Part shown: piece by piece, positions 23,740 through 38,600 of the stretch
Layout: the number at the start of each line of letters is the position of its first letter
Numbering within the stretch: position 1 is the first letter of the stretch
From: Eledone cirrhosa
Taxonomy: Eukaryota
Direction of reading: 5' to 3'
Assembly: GCA_964016885.1 (NCBI GenBank)
Contig: OZ024744.1
Coordinates: 6,882,001 to 6,946,000 of the forward strand
Length of the DNA stretch: 64,000 bases
Notes under the pieces: generated by a model
The model's database searches: none
The model's input: only the letters and a program-made list of their open reading frames with translations
Told to the model about the DNA's origin: nothing
Translations under genes and position numbers: made by a program

Positions 23740-26700
23740 TGCAGTAACGGTTATGTCTACTGCAGTATTGTACTGATTAGGTGTGGTGCAGTAACGGTTA
23801 TTGCTACTGCAGTATTGCACTGATGTAGGTGTGGTGCATTAACGCTTATGTCTACTGCAGTATTGCACTGAGGTAGGTGTGGTGCAGAAACCGTTATGTC
23901 TACTGCAGTATTGCACTGAGGTAGGTGTGGTGCAGTAACGGTTATGTCTACCGCAGTATTGCACTATTGTAGGTGTGGTGCAGTAACGTTTATGTCTACT
24001 GCAATATTGCACTGATATAGGTGTGGTGCAGTAACGGTTATGTCTACTGCAGTATTGCACTGAGATAGGTGTGGTGCAGTAACCGTTATGTTTACTGCAG
24101 TATTGCACTGATGTAGGTGTGGTGCAGTAACAGTTATGTCTACTGCAGTATTGCACTGAGGTAGGTGTGGTGTAGTAACGGTTATGTCTACTGCAGTATT
24201 GAACTGAGGTAGGTGTGGTGCAGTAACGGTTATTTCTACTGCAGTATTGCACTATTGTAGGTGTAGTGCAGTAACGGTTATGTCTACTGCAGTATTGCAC
24301 TGATGTAGGTGTGGTGCAGTAACGGTTATGTCTACTGCAATATTGCACTGATGTAGGTGTGGTGCAGTAACGGTTATGTCTACTGCAGTATTGCACTGAT
24401 GTAGGTGTGGTGCAGTAACGGTTATGTCTTCTGAAGTATTGCACTGATGTAGGTGTGGTGCTGTAACGGTTATGTCTACTGCAGTATTGCACTGAGGTAG
24501 GTGTGGTGCTGTAACGGGTATGTCTACTGCAGTATTGCACTGAGGTAATTGTGGTGCAGTACCGGTTATGTCTACTGTTGTATTGCACTGATGTAGGTGT
24601 GGTGCAGTAACGGTTATGTCTACTGCAGTATTGTACTGATGTAGGTGTGGTGCAGTAACGATTATGTCTACTGCAGTATTGCACTGAGGTAGGCGTGGTG
24701 CAGTACCGGTTATGTCTACTGCAGTATCGCACTGATGTAGGTGTGGTGCAGTAACAGTTATTTCTACTGCAGTATTGCACTAAGTTATGTGTGGTGCAGT
24801 ATCGGTTATGTCTACAGCAGTATTGCATTGAGGTAGGTGAGGTGCAGTAATGGTTATGTCTACAGCAGTATTGCACTGAGGTAGGTGTGGTGCAGTAACG
24901 GTTATGTATACTCCAGTATTGCACTGATGTAGGTGTGGTGCAGTAACGGGTATGTCTACTGCAGTATTGCACTGATGTAGGTGTGGTGCAGTAACAGTTA
25001 TTTCTACTGCAGTATTGCACTGATGTATGTGTGGTGCAGTAACGGTTATGTCTACTGCAGTATTGCACTGATGTACGTGTGGTGCAGTAACGGTTATGTC
25101 TACTGCAGTATTGCACTAAGGAAGGTGTGGTGCAGTAACGGTTATGTCTACTGCAGTATTGCACTGAGGTAGGTGTCGTGCAGTAACGGTTATGTCTACT
25201 GCAGTATTGCACTGAGATAGGTGTGGTGCAGTAACGGTTATGTCTACTGCAGTATTGCACTGATGTAGGTGTGGTGCAGTAACGGTTATGTCTCCTGCAC
25301 TATTGCACTGAGGTAGGTGTGGTGCAGTAACGGTTATGTCTAATGCAGTATTGCACTGAGGTAGGTGTGGTGCAGTAACGGATATGTCTACTGCAGTATT
25401 GCATTGACGTACGTGTGGTGCAGTAACGGTTATGTCTACTGCAATTTTGCACTGATATAGGTGTAGTGCAGTAACGGTTATTTCTACTGCAGTATTGCAC
25501 TGAGGTAGGTGTGGTGCAGTAACGGTTATGCCTACTACAATATTGCACTGATGTAGGTGTGGTGCAGTAACGGGTATGTCTCTGCAGTATTACACTGATG
25601 TAAGTGTGGTGCAGTAACGGTTATGTCTACTGCAGTATTGAACTGATGAAGGTGTGGTCTAGTAAGGGTTATGTCTACTGCAGTATTGCACTGATGTAGG
25701 TGTGGTGCAGTAACGGTCATGGCTACAGCAGTATTGCACTGATGTAGGTGTGGTGCAGTAACGGTTATTTCTACTGCAGTATTGCACTGAGGTAAGTGTG
25801 GTGCAGTAACGGTTATGTCTACTGCAGTATTGCACTGAGCTAGGTGTGGTGCAGTAACGGTTATGTCTACTGCAGTATTGCACTGATGAAGGTGTGGTGC
25901 AGTAAAGGTTATTTCTACTGCTGTATTGCACTGAGATAGGTGTGGTGCAGTAACATTTATGTCTACTGCAGTATTGCACTGAGGTAGGTGTGGTGCAGTA
26001 ACGGTTATGTCTACTGCAGTATTGCACTGATGTAGGCGTGGTGCAGTAACGATTATGTCTACTGCAGTATTGCACTGAGGCAGGTGTGGTGCAGTAACGG
26101 TTATGTCTACTGCAGTATTGCACTGATGTAGGCGTGGTGCAGTAACGATTATGTCTACTGCAGTATTGCACTGAGGCAGGTGTGGTGCAGTAACGGTCAT
26201 GTCTACTGCAGTATTGCACTGAGGTAGGTGTGGTGCAGTAACGGTAATGTCTACTGCAGTATTGCACTGAGGTAGGTGTGGTGCAGTACCGGTTATGTCT
26301 ACTGCAGTATTGCACTGATGTAGGTGTGGTGCAGTAACGGTTATTTCTACTGCAGTATTGCACTGATGTAGGTGTGGTGCAGTAACGGTTATGTCTACTT
26401 GAAGTATTGCACGGATGTAGGTGTGGTGCAGTAACAGTTATGTCTACTGCAGTATTGCACTGATGTAGGTGTGGTGGAATAACGGTTATGTCTACTGCAG
26501 TATTGCACTGAGTTAGGTGTGGTGCAGTAGCGGTATGTCTACTGCAGTATTGCACTGATGTAGGTGTGGTGCATTAACGCTTATGTCTACTGCAGTATTG
26601 CATTGATGTAGGCGTGGTGCAGTAACGGTTATGTCTACTGCAGTATTGCACTGATATAGGCGTGGTGCAGTAACGGTTATGTCTACTGCAGTATTGCACT

Positions 26701-29700
26701 GATGTAGGCTTGGTGCAGTAACGGTTATGTCTACTGCAGTATTGTACTGATTAGGTGTGGTGCAGTAACGGTTATTGCTACTGCAGTATTGCACTGATGT
26801 AGGTGTGGTGCATTAACGCTTATGTCTACTGCAGTATTGCACTGAGGTAGGTGTGGTGCAGTAAGCGTTATGTCTACTGCAGTATTGCACTGAGGTAGGT
26901 GTGGTGCAGTAACGGTTATGTCTACCGCAGTATTGCACTATTGTAGGTGTGGTGCAGTAACGTTTATGTCTACTGCAATATTGCACTGATATAGGTGTGG
27001 AGCAGTAACGGTTATGTCTACTGCAGTATTGCAATGAGATAGGTGTGGTGCAGTAACCGTTATGTTTACTGCAGTATTGCACTGATGTAGGTGTGGTGCA
27101 GTAACAGTTATGTCTACTGCAGTATTGCACTGAGGTAGGTGTGGTGCAGTAACGGTTATGTCTACTGCAGTATTGAACTGAGGTAGGTGTGGTGCAGTAA
27201 CGGTTATTTGTACTGCAGTATTGCACTATTGTAGGTGTAGTGCAGTAACGGTTATGTCTACTGCAGTATTGCACTGATGTAGGTGTGGTGCAGTAACGGT
27301 TATGTCTACTGCAGTATTGCACTGATGTAGGTGTGGTGCAGTAACGGTTATGTCTACTGCAGTATTGAACTGAGGTAGGTGTGGTGCAGTAACGGTTATT
27401 TCTACTGCAGTATTGCACTATTGTAGGTGTAGTGCAGTAACGGTTATGTCTACTGCAGTATTGCACTGATGTAGGTGTGGTGCAGTAACAGTTATGTCTA
27501 CTGCAGTATTGCACTGATGTAGGTGTGGTGGAATAACGGTTATGTCTACTGCAGTATTGCACTGAGTTAGGTGTGGTGCAGTAGCGGTATGTCTACTGCA
27601 GTATTGCACTGATGTAGGTGTGGTGCATTAACGCTTATGTCTACTGCAGTATTGCATTGATGTAGGCGTGGTGCAGTAACGGTTATGTCTACTGCAGTAT
27701 TGCACTGATATAGGCGTGGTGCAGTAACAGTTATGTCTACTGCAGTATTGCACTGATGTAGGCGTGGTGCAGTAACGGTTATGTCTACTGCAGTATTGTA
27801 CTGATTAGGTGTGGTGCAGTAACGGTTATTGCTACTGCAGTATTGCACTGATGTAGGTGTGGTGCATTAACGCTTATGTCTACTGCAGTATTGCACTGAG
27901 GTAGGTGTGGTGCAGTAACCGTTATGTCTACTGCAGTATTGCACTGAGGTAGGTGTGGTGCAGCAACGGTTATGTCTACCGCAGTATTGCACTATTGTAG
28001 GTGTGGTGCAGTAACGTTTATGTCTACTGCAATATTGCACTGATATAGGTGTGGTGCAGTAACGGTTATGTCTACTGCAGTATTGCACTGAGATAGGTGT
28101 GGTGCAGTAACCGTTATGTTTACTGCAGTATTGCACTGATGTAGGTGTGGTGCAGTAACAGTTATGTCTACTGCAGTATTGCACTGAGGTAGGTGTGGTG
28201 TAGTAACGGTTATGTCTACTGCAGTATTGAACTGAGGTAGGTGTGGTGCAGTAACGGTTATTTCTACTGCAGTATTGCACTATTGTAGGTGTAGTGCAGT
28301 AACGGTTATGTCTACTGCAGTATTGCACTGATGTAGGTGTGGTGCAGTAACGGTTATGTCTACTGCAATATTGCACTGATGTAGGTGTGGTGCAGTAACG
28401 GTTATGTCTACTGCAGTATTGCACTGATGTAGGTGTGGTGCAGTAACGGTTATGTCTTCTGAAGTATTGCACTGATGTAGGTGTGGTGCTGTAACGGTTA
28501 TGTCTACTGCAGTATTGCACTGAGGTAGGTGTGGTGCTGTAACGGGTATGTCTACTGCAGTATTGCACTGAGGTAATTGTGGTGCAGTACCGGTTATGTC
28601 TACTGTTGTATTGCACTGATGTAGGTGTGGTGCAGTAACGGTTATGTCTACTGCAGTATTGTACTGATGTAGGTGTGGTGCAGTAACGATTATGTCTACT
28701 GCAGTATTGCACTGAGGTAGGCGTGGTGCAGTACCGGTTATGTCTACTGCAGTATCGCACTGATGTAGGTGTGGTGCAGTAACGGTTATTTCTACTGCAG
28801 TATTGCACTAAGTTATGTGTGGTGCAGTATCGGTTATGTCTACAGCAGTATTGCATTGAGGTAGGTGAGGTGCAGTAATGGTTATGTCTACAGCAGTATT
28901 GCACTGAGGTAGGTGTGGTGCAGTAACGGTTATGTATACTCCAGTATTGCACTGATGTAGGTGTGGTGCAGTAACGGGTATGTCTACTGCAGTATTGCAC
29001 TGATGTAGGTGTGGTGCAGTAACAGTTATTTCTACTGCAGTATTGCACTGATGTATGTGTGGTGCAGTAACGGTTATGTCTACTGCAGTATTGCACTGAT
29101 GTACGTGTGGTGCAGTAACGGTTATGTCTACTGCAGTATTGCACTAAGGAAGGTGTGGTGCAGTAACGGTTATGTCTACTGCAGTATTGCACTGAGGTAG
29201 GTGTCGTGCAGTAACGGTTATGTCTACTGCAGTATTGCACTGAGATAGGTGTGGTGCAGTAACGGTTATGTCTACTGCAGTATTGCACTGATGTAGGTGT
29301 GGTGCAGTAACGGTTATGTCTCCTGCACTATTGCACTGAGGTAGGTGTGGTGCAGTAACGGTTATGTCTAATGCAGTATTGCACTGAGGTAGGTGTGGTG
29401 CAGTAACGGATATGTCTACTGCAGTATTGCACTGACGTACGTGTGGTGCAGTAACGGTTATGTCTACTGCAATATTGCACTGATATAGGTGTAGTGCAGT
29501 AACGGTTATTTCTACTGCAGTATTGCACTGAGGTAGGTGTGGTGCAGTAACGGTTATGCCTACTACAATATTGCACTGATGTAGGTGTGGTGCAGTAACG
29601 GGTATGTCTCTGCAGTATTACACTGATGTAAGTGTGGTGCAGTAACGGTTATGTCTACTGCAGTATTGAACTGATGAAGGTGTGGTCTAGTAAGGGTTAT

Positions 29701-31230
29701 GTCTACTGCAGTATTGCACTGATGTAGGTGTGGTGCAGTAACGGTCATGGCTACAGCAGTATTGCACTGATGTAGGTGTGGTGCAGTAACGGTTATTTCT
29801 ACTGCAGTATTGCACTGAGGTAAGTGTGGTGCAGTAACGGTTATGTCTACTGCAGTATTGCACTGAGCTAGGTGTGGTGCAGTAACGGTTATGTCTACTG
29901 CAGTATTGCACTGATGAAGGTGTGGTGCAGTAAAGGTTATTTCTACTGCTGTATTGCACTGAGATAGGTGTGGTGCAGTAACATTTATGTCTACTGCAGT
30001 ATTGCACTGAGGTAGGTGTGGTGCAGTAACGGTTATGTCTACTGCAGTATTGCACTGATGTAGGCGTGGTGCAGTAACGATTATGTCTACTGCAGTATTG
30101 CACTGAGGCAGGTGTGGTGCAGTAACGGTCATGTCTACTGCAGTATTGCACTGAGGTAGGTGTGGTGCAGTAACGGTAATGTCTACTGCAGTATTGCACT
30201 GAGGTAGGTGTGGTGCAGTACCGGTTATGTCTACTGCAGTATTGCACTGATGTAGGTGTGGTGCAGTAACGGTTATTTCTACTGCAGTATTGCACTGATG
30301 TAGGTGTGGTGCAGTAACGGTTATGTCTACTTGAAGTATTGCACGGATGTAGGTGTGGTGCAGTAACAGTTATGTCTACTGCAGTATTGCACTGATGTAG
30401 GTGTGGTGGAATAACGGTTATGTCTACTGCAGTATTGCACTGAGTTAGGTGTGGTGCAGTAGCGGTATGTCTACTGCAGTATTGCACTGATGTAGGTGTG
30501 GTGCATTAACGCTTATGTCTACTGCAGTATTGCATTGATGTAGGCGTGGTGCAGTAACGGTTATGTCTACTGCAGTATTGCACTGAAGTAGGCGTGGTGC
30601 AGTAACGGTTATGTCTACTGCAGTATTGTACTGATTAGGTGTGGTGCAGTAACGGTTATTGCTACTGCAGTATTGCACTGATGTAGGTGTGGTGCATTAA
30701 CGCTTATGTCTACTGCAGTATTGCACTGAGGTAGGTGTGGTGCAGTAAGCGTTATGTCTACTGCAGTATTGCACTGAGGTAGGTGTGGTGCAGTAACGGT
30801 TATGTCTACCGCAGTATTGCACTATTGTAGGTGTGGTGCAGTAACGTTTATGTCTACTGCAATATTGCACTGATATAGGTGTGGAGCAGTAACGGTTATG
30901 TCTACTGCAGTATTGCAATGAGATAGGTGTGGTGCAGTAACCGTTATGTTTACTGCAGTATTGCACTGATGTAGGTGTGGTGCAGTAACAGTTATGTCTA
31001 CTGCAGTATTGCACTGAGGTAGGTGTGGTGCAGTAACGGTTATGTCTACTGCAGTATTGAACTGAGGTAGGTGTGGTGCAGTAACGGTTATTTCTACTGC
31101 AGTATTGCACTATTGTAGGTGTAGTGCAGTAACGGTTATGTCTACTGCAGTATTGCACTGATGTAGGTGTGGTGCAGTAACGGTTATGTCTACTGCAGTA
31201 TTGCACTGATGTAGGTGTGGTGCAGTAACG
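23740..31230. repeat. Tandem duplication with about 4,028-bp (84-monomer) offset
   Basis: ORF pairs 23839/27867, 24981/29009, 25300/29328 and 25535/29563 are offset by 4,028. The offset drops to 3,932 and then 3,884 after whole-monomer indels. Shared private variants include ACTGTTGTATT, GGTCATGGCT, CACGGATG, GTGGAGCAG and GCAATGAG. Confidence 0.88.
27867..30696. repeat. Near-complete copy of the basic HOR (2,830 bp, 59 monomers minus 2 bp)
   Basis: Contains the series of diagnostic variant monomers in order between two successive ATTAACGCTT landmarks. Comparable copies are 23839-26812 (2,974 bp, 62 monomers) and 31992-34772 (2,781 bp, 58 monomers). Confidence 0.85.
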
Positions 31231-32500
31231 GTTATGTCTACTGCAGTATTGCACTGATGAAGGTGTGGTGCAGTAAAGGTTATTTCTACTGCTGTATTGC
31301 ACTGAGATAGGTGTGGTGCAGTAACATTTATGTCTACTGCAGTATTGCACTGAGGTAGGTGTGGTGCAGTAACGGTTATGTCTACTGCAGTATTGCACTG
31401 ATGTAGGCGTGGTGCAGTAACGATTATGTCTACTGCAGTATTGCACTGAGGCAGGTGTGGTGCAGTAACGGTCATGTCTACTGCAGTATTGCACTGAGGT
31501 AGGTGTGGTGCAGTAACGGTAATGTCTACTGCAGTATTGCACTGAGGTAGGTGTGGTGCAGTACCGGTTATGTCTACTGCAGTATTGCACTGATGTAGGT
31601 GTGGTGCAGTAACGGTTATTTCTACTGCAGTATTGCACTGATGTAGGTGTGGTGCAGTAACGGTTATGTCTACTTGAAGTATTGCACGGATGTAGGTGTG
31701 GTGCAGTAACAGTTATGTCTACTGCAGTATTGCACTGATGTAGGTGTGGTGGAATAACGGTTATGTCTACTGCAGTATTGCACTGAGTTAGGTGTGGTGC
31801 AGTAGCGGTATGTCTACTGCAGTATTGCACTGATGTAGGCGTGGTGCAGTAACGGTTATGTCTACTGCAGTATTGCACTGAAGTAGGCGTGGTGCAGTAA
31901 CGGTTATGTCTACTGCAGTATTGTACTGATTAGGTGTGGTGCAGTAACGGTTATTGCTACTGCAGTATTGCACTGATGTAGGTGTGGTGCATTAACGCTT
32001 ATGTCTACTGCAGTATTGCACTGAGGTAGGTGTGGTTCAGTAAGCGTTATGTCTACTGCAGTATTGCACTGAGGTAGGTGTGGTGCAGTAACGGTTATGT
32101 CTACCGCAGTATTGCACTATTGTAGGTGTGGTGCAGTAACGTTTATGTCTACTGCAATATTGCACTGATATAGGTGTGGAGCAGTAACGGTTATGTCTAC
32201 TGCAGTATTGCAATGAGATAGGTGTGGTGCAGTAACCGTTATGTTTACTGCAGTATTGCACTGATGTAGGTGTGGTGCAGTAACAGTTATGTCTACTGCA
32301 GTATTGCACTGAGGTAGGTGTGGTGCAGTAACGGTTATGTCTACTGCAGTATTGAACTGAGGTAGGTGTGGTGCAGTAACGGTTATTTCTACTGCAGTAT
32401 TGCACTATTGTAGGTGTAGTGCAGTAACGGTTATGTCTACTGCAGTATTGCACTGATGTAGGTGTGGTGCAGTAACGGTTATGTCTACTGCAGTATTGCA
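29890..32500. repeat. Local tandem duplication with 1,343/1,295-bp offset (28/27 monomers)
   Basis: ORF pair 30445/31788 is offset by 1,343 and landmarks 30697/31992 by 1,295. Shared variants include GAAGTAGGCG, CACGGATG, TAAGCGTT and GTGGAGCAG. Confidence 0.8.
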
Positions 32501-32649
32501 CTGATGTAGGTGTGGTGCAGTAACGGTTATGTCTTCTGAAGTATTGCACTGATGTAGGTGTGGTGCTGTAACGGTTATGTCTACTGCAGTATTGCACTGA
32601 GGTAGGTGTGGTACTGTAACGGGTATGTCTACTGCAGTATTGCACTGAG

Positions 32650-35600
32650 GTAATTGTGGTGCAGTACCGGTTATGTCTACTGTAGTATTGCACTGATGTA
32701 GGTGTGGTGCAGTAACGGTTATGTCTACTGCAGTATTGTACTGATGTAGGTGTGGTGCAGTAACGATTATGTCTACTGCAGTATTGCACTGAGGTAGGCG
32801 TGGTGCAGTACCGGTTATGTCTACTGCAGTATCGCACTAATGTAGGTGTGGTGCAGTAACGGTTATTTCTACTGCAGTATTGCACTAAGTTATGTGTGGT
32901 GCAGTATCGGTTATGTCTACAGCAGTATTGCATTGAGATAGGGGAGGTGCAGTAATGGTTATGTCTACAGCAGTATTGCACTGAGGTAGGTGTGTGCAGT
33001 AACGGTTATGTATACTCCAGTATTGCACTGATGTAGGTGTGGTGCAGTAACGGGTATGTCTACTGCAGTATTGCACTGATGTAGGTGTGGTGCAGTAACA
33101 GTTATTTCTACTGCAGTATTGCACTGATGTATGTGTGGTGCAGTAACGGTTATGTCTACTGCAGTATTGCACTGATGTACGTGTGGTGCAGTAACGGTTA
33201 TGTCTATTGCAGTATTGCACTAAGGAAGGTGTGGTGCAGTAACGGTTATGTCTACTGCAGTATTGCACTGAGGTAGGTTTCGTGCAGTAACGGTTATGTC
33301 TACTGCAGTATTGCACTGAGATAGGTGTGGTGCAGTAACGGTTATGTCTACTGCAGTATTGCACTGATGTAGGTGTGGTGCAGTAACGGTTATGTCTCCT
33401 GCACTATTGCACTGAGGTAGGTGTGGTGCAGTAACGGTTATGTCTAATGCAGTATTGCACTGAGGTAGGTGTGGTGCAGTAACGGATATGTCTACTGCAG
33501 TATTGCACTGACGTACGTGTGGTGCAGTAACGGTTATGTCTACTGCAATATTGCACTGATATAGGTGTAGTGCAGTAACGGTTATTTCTACTGCAGTATT
33601 GCACTGAGGTAGGTGTGGTGCAGTAACGGTTATGCCTACTACAATATTGCACTGATGTAGGTGTGGTGCAGTAACGGGTATGTCTCTGCAGTATTACACT
33701 GATGTAAGTGTGGTGCAGTAACGGTTATGTCTACTGCAGTATTGAACTGATGAAGGTGTGGTCTAGTAAGGGTTATGTCTACTGCAGTATTGCACTGATG
33801 TAGGTGTGGTGCAGTAACGGTCATGTCTACAGCAGTATTGCACTGATGTAGGTGTGGTGCAGTAACGGTTATTTCTACTGCAGTATTGCACTGAGGTAAG
33901 TGTGGTGCAGTAACGGTTATGTCTACTGCAGTATTGCACTGAGCTAGGTGTGGTGCAGTAACGGTTATGTCTACTGCAGTATTGCACTGATGAAGGTGTG
34001 GTGCAGTAAAGGTTATTTCTACTGCTGTATTGCACTGAGATAGGTGTGGTGCAGTAACATTTATGTCTACTGCAGTATTGCACTGAGGTAGGTGTGGTGC
34101 AGTAACGGTTATGTCTACTGCAATATTGCACTGATGTAGGCGTGGTGCAGTAACGATTATGTCTACTGCAGTATTGCACTGAGGCAGGTGTGGTGCAGTA
34201 ACGGTTATGTCTACTGCAGTATTGCACTGAGGTAGGTGTGGTGCAGTAACGGTTATGTCTACTGCAGTATTGTACTGAGGTAGGTGTGGTGCAGTAACGG
34301 TTATTTCTACTGCAGTATTGCACTGATGTAGGTGTGGTGCAGTAACGGTTATGTCTACTTGAAGTATTGCACTGAAGTAGGTGTGGTGCAGTAAAAGTTA
34401 TGTCTACTGCAGTATTGCACTGATGTAGGTGTGGTGGAATAACGGTTATGTCTACTGCAGTATTGCACTGAGTTAGGTGTGGTGCAGTAGCGGTATGTCT
34501 ACTGCAGTATTGCACTGATGTAGGTGTGGTGCATTAACGCTTATGTCTACTGCAGTATTGCATTGATGTAGGCGTGGTGCAGTAACGGTTATGTCTACTG
34601 CAGTATTGCACTCATATAGGCGTGGTGCAGTAACGGTTATGTCTACTGCAGTATTGCACTGATGTAGGCGTGGTGCAGTAACAGTTATGTCTACTGCAGT
34701 ATTGCACTGATTAGGTGTGGTGCAGTAACGGTTATTGCTACTGCAGTATTGCACTGATGCAGGTGTGGTGCATTAACGCTTATGTCTACTGCAGTATTGC
34801 ACTGAGGTAGGTGTGGTGCAGTAACCGTTATGTCTACTGCAGTATTGCACTGAGGTAGGTGTGGTGCAGTAACGGTTATGTCTACCGCAGTATTTCACTA
34901 TTGTAGGTGTGGTGCAGTAACGTTTATGTCTACTGCAATATTGCACTGATATAGGTGTGGTGCAGTAACGGTTATGTCTACTGCAGTATTGCACTGATGT
35001 AGGTGTGGTGCAGTAACGGTTATGTCTACTGCAATATTGCACTGATGTAGGTGTGGTGCAGTAACTGTTATGTCTACTGCAGTATTGCACTGATGTAGGT
35101 GTGGTGCAGTAACGGTTATGTCTTCTGAAGTATTGCACTGATGTAGGTGTGGTGCAGTAACGGTTATGTCTAATGCAGTATTGCACTGAGCTAGGTGTGG
35201 TGCAGTAACGGTTATGTCTACTGCAGTATTGCACTGATGAAGGTGTGGTGCAGTAAAGATTATTTCTACTGCTGTATTGCACTGAGATAGGTGTGGTGCA
35301 GTAACATTTATGTCTACTGCAGTATTGCACTGAGGTAGATGTGGTGCACTAACGGTTATGTCTACTGCAGTATTGCACTGATGTAGGCGTGGTGCAGTAA
35401 CGATTATGTCTACTGCAGTATTGCACTGAGGCAGGTGTGGTGCAGTAACGGTTATGTCTACTGCAGTATTGCACTGAGGTAGGTGTGGTGCAGTAACGGT
35501 AATGTCTACTGCAGTATTGCACTGAGATAGGTGTGGTGCAGTACCGGTTATGTCTACTGCAGTATTGCACTGATGTAGGTGTGGTGCACTAACGGTTATT

Positions 35601-38600
35601 TCTACTGCAGTATTCCACTGACGTAGGTGTGGTGCAGTAACGGTTATGTCTACTTGAAGTATTGCACTGATGTAGGTGTGGTGCAGTAACAGTTATGTCT
35701 ACTGCAGTATTGCACTGATGTAGGTGTGGGGGAATAACGGTTATGTCTACTGCAGTATTGCACTGAGTTAGGTGTGGTGCAGCAGCGGTCTGTCTACTGC
35801 AGTATTGCACTGATGTAGGTGTGGTGCATTAACGCTTTTGTCTACTGCAGTATTGCATTGATGTAGGCGTGGTGCAGTAACGGTTATGTCTACTGCAGTA
35901 TTGCACTGATATAGGCGTGGTGCAGTAACGGGTATGTCTACTGCAGTATTGCACTGATGTAGGCGTGGTGCAGTAACGGTTATGTCTACTGCAGTATTGC
36001 ACTGATTAGGTGTGGTGCAGTAACGGTTATTGCTACTGCAGTATTGCACTGATGTAGGTGTGGTGCATTAACGCTTATGTCTACTGCAGTATTGCACTGA
36101 GGTAGGTGTGGTGCAGTAACCGTTATGTCTACTGCAGTATTGCACTGAGGTAGGTGTGGTGCAGTAACGGTTATGTCTACCGCAGTATTGCACTATTGTA
36201 GGTGTGGTGCAGTAACGTTTATGTCTACTGCAATATTGCACTGATATAGGTGTGGTGCAGTAACGGTTATGTCTACTGCAGTATTGCACTGAGATAGGTG
36301 TGGTGCAGTAACCGTTATGTTTACTGCAGTATTGCACTGACGTAGGTGTGGTGCAGTAACAGTTATGTCTACTGCAGTATTGCACTGAGGTAGGTGTGGT
36401 GTAGTAACGGTTATGTCTACTGCAGTATTGAACTGAGGTAGGTGTGGTGCAGTAACGGTTATTTCTACTGCAGTATTGCACTATTGTAGGTGTAGTGCAG
36501 TAACGGTTATGTCTACTGCAGTATTGCACTGATGTAGGTGTGGTGCAGTAACGGTTATGTCTACTGCAATATTGCACTGATGTAGGTGTGGTGCAGTAAC
36601 GGTTATGTCTACTGCAGTATTGCACTGATGTAGGTGTGGTGCAGTAACGGTTATGTCTTCTGAAGTATTGCACTGATGTAGGTGTGGTGCTGTAACGGTT
36701 ATGTCTACTGCAGTATTGCACTGAGGTAGGTGTGCTGCTGTAACGGGTATGTCTACTGCAGTATTGCACTGAGGTAATTGTGGTGCAGTACCGGTTATGT
36801 CTACTGTAGTATTGCACTGATGTAGGTGTGGTGCAGTAACGGTTATGACTACTGCAGTATTGCACTGAGGTAGGTTTGGTGCAGTAACGGTTACGTCTAC
36901 TGCAGTATTGTACTGATGTAGGTGTGGTGCAGTAACGATTATGTCTACTGCAGTATTGCACTAAGGTAGGCGTGGTGCAGTACCGGTTATGTCTACTGCA
37001 GTATTGCACTGATGTAGGTGTGGTGCAGTAACGGTTATTTCTACTGCAGTATTGCACTAAGTTATGTGTAGTGCAGTATCGGTTATGTCTACAGCAGTAT
37101 TGCATTGAGGTAGGTGAGGTGCAGTAATGGTTATGTCTACAGCAGTATTGCACTGATGTAGGTGTGGTGCAGTAACGGGTATGTCTACTGCAGTATTGCA
37201 CTGATGTAGGTGTGGTGCAGTAACGGTAATGTCTACTGCAGTATTGCACTGAGGTAGGTGTGGTGCAGTACCGGTTATGTCTACTGCAGTATTGCACTGA
37301 TGTAGGTGTGGTGCAGTAACGGTTATGTCTACTTGAAGTATTGCACTGATGTAGGTGTGGTGCAGTAACAGTTATGTCTACTGCAGTATTGCACTGATGT
37401 AGGTGTGGTGGAATAACGGTTGTCTACTGCAGTATTGCACTGATTTAGGTGTGGTGCAGTAGCGGTATGTCTACTGCAGTATTGTACTGATGTAGGTGTG
37501 GTGCATTAACGCTTATGTCTACTGCAGTATTGCATTGATGTAGGCGTGGTGCAGTAACGGTTATGTCTACTGCAGTATTGCACTGATATAGGCGTGGTGC
37601 AGTAACGGTTATGTCTACTGCAGTATTGCACTGATGTAGGCGTGGTGCAGTAACGATTATGTCTATTGCAGTATTGCACTGATTAGGTGTGGTGCAGTAA
37701 CGGTTATTGCTACTGCAGTATTGCACTGATGTAGGTGTGGTGCATTAACGCTTATGTCTACTGCAGTATTGCACTGAGGTAGGTGTGGTGCAGTAACCGT
37801 TATGTCTACTGCAGTATTGCACTGAGGTAGGTGTGGTGCAGTAACGGTTATGTCTACCGCAGTATTGCACTATTGTAGGTGTGGTGCAGTAACGTTTATG
37901 TCTACTGCAATATTGCACTGATATAGGTGTGGTGCAGTAACGGTTATGTCTACTGCAGTATTGCACTGAGATAGGTGTGGTGCAGTAACCGTTATGTTTA
38001 CTGCAGTATTGCACTGATGTAGGTGTGGTGCAGTAACAGTTATGTCTTCTGAAGTATTGCACTGATGTAGGTGTGGTGCTGTAACGGTTATGTCTACTGC
38101 AGTATTGCAGTGAGGTAGGTGTGGTGCTGTAACGGGTATGTCTACTGCAGTATTGCATTGAGGTAATTGTGGTGCAGTACCGGTTTTGTCTACTGTAGTA
38201 TTGCACTGATGTAGGTGTGGTGCAGTAACGGTTATGACTACTGCAGTATTGCACTGAGGTAGGTTTGGTGCAGTAACGGTTATGTCTACTGCAGTATTGT
38301 ACTGATGTAGGTGTGGTGCAGTAACGATTATGTCTACTGCAGTATTGCACTGAGGTAGGCGTGGTGCAGTACCGGTTATGTCTACTGCAGTATTGCACTA
38401 AGTTATGTGTGGTGCAGTATCGGTTATGTCTACAGCAGTATTGCATTGAGGTAGGTGAGGTGCAGTAATGGTTATGTCTACAGCAGTATTGCACTGATGT
38501 AGGTGTGGTGCAGTAACGGGTATGTCTACTGCAGTATTGCACTGATGTAGGTGTGGTGCAGTAACGGTAATGTCTACTGCAGTATTGCACTCAGGTAGGT

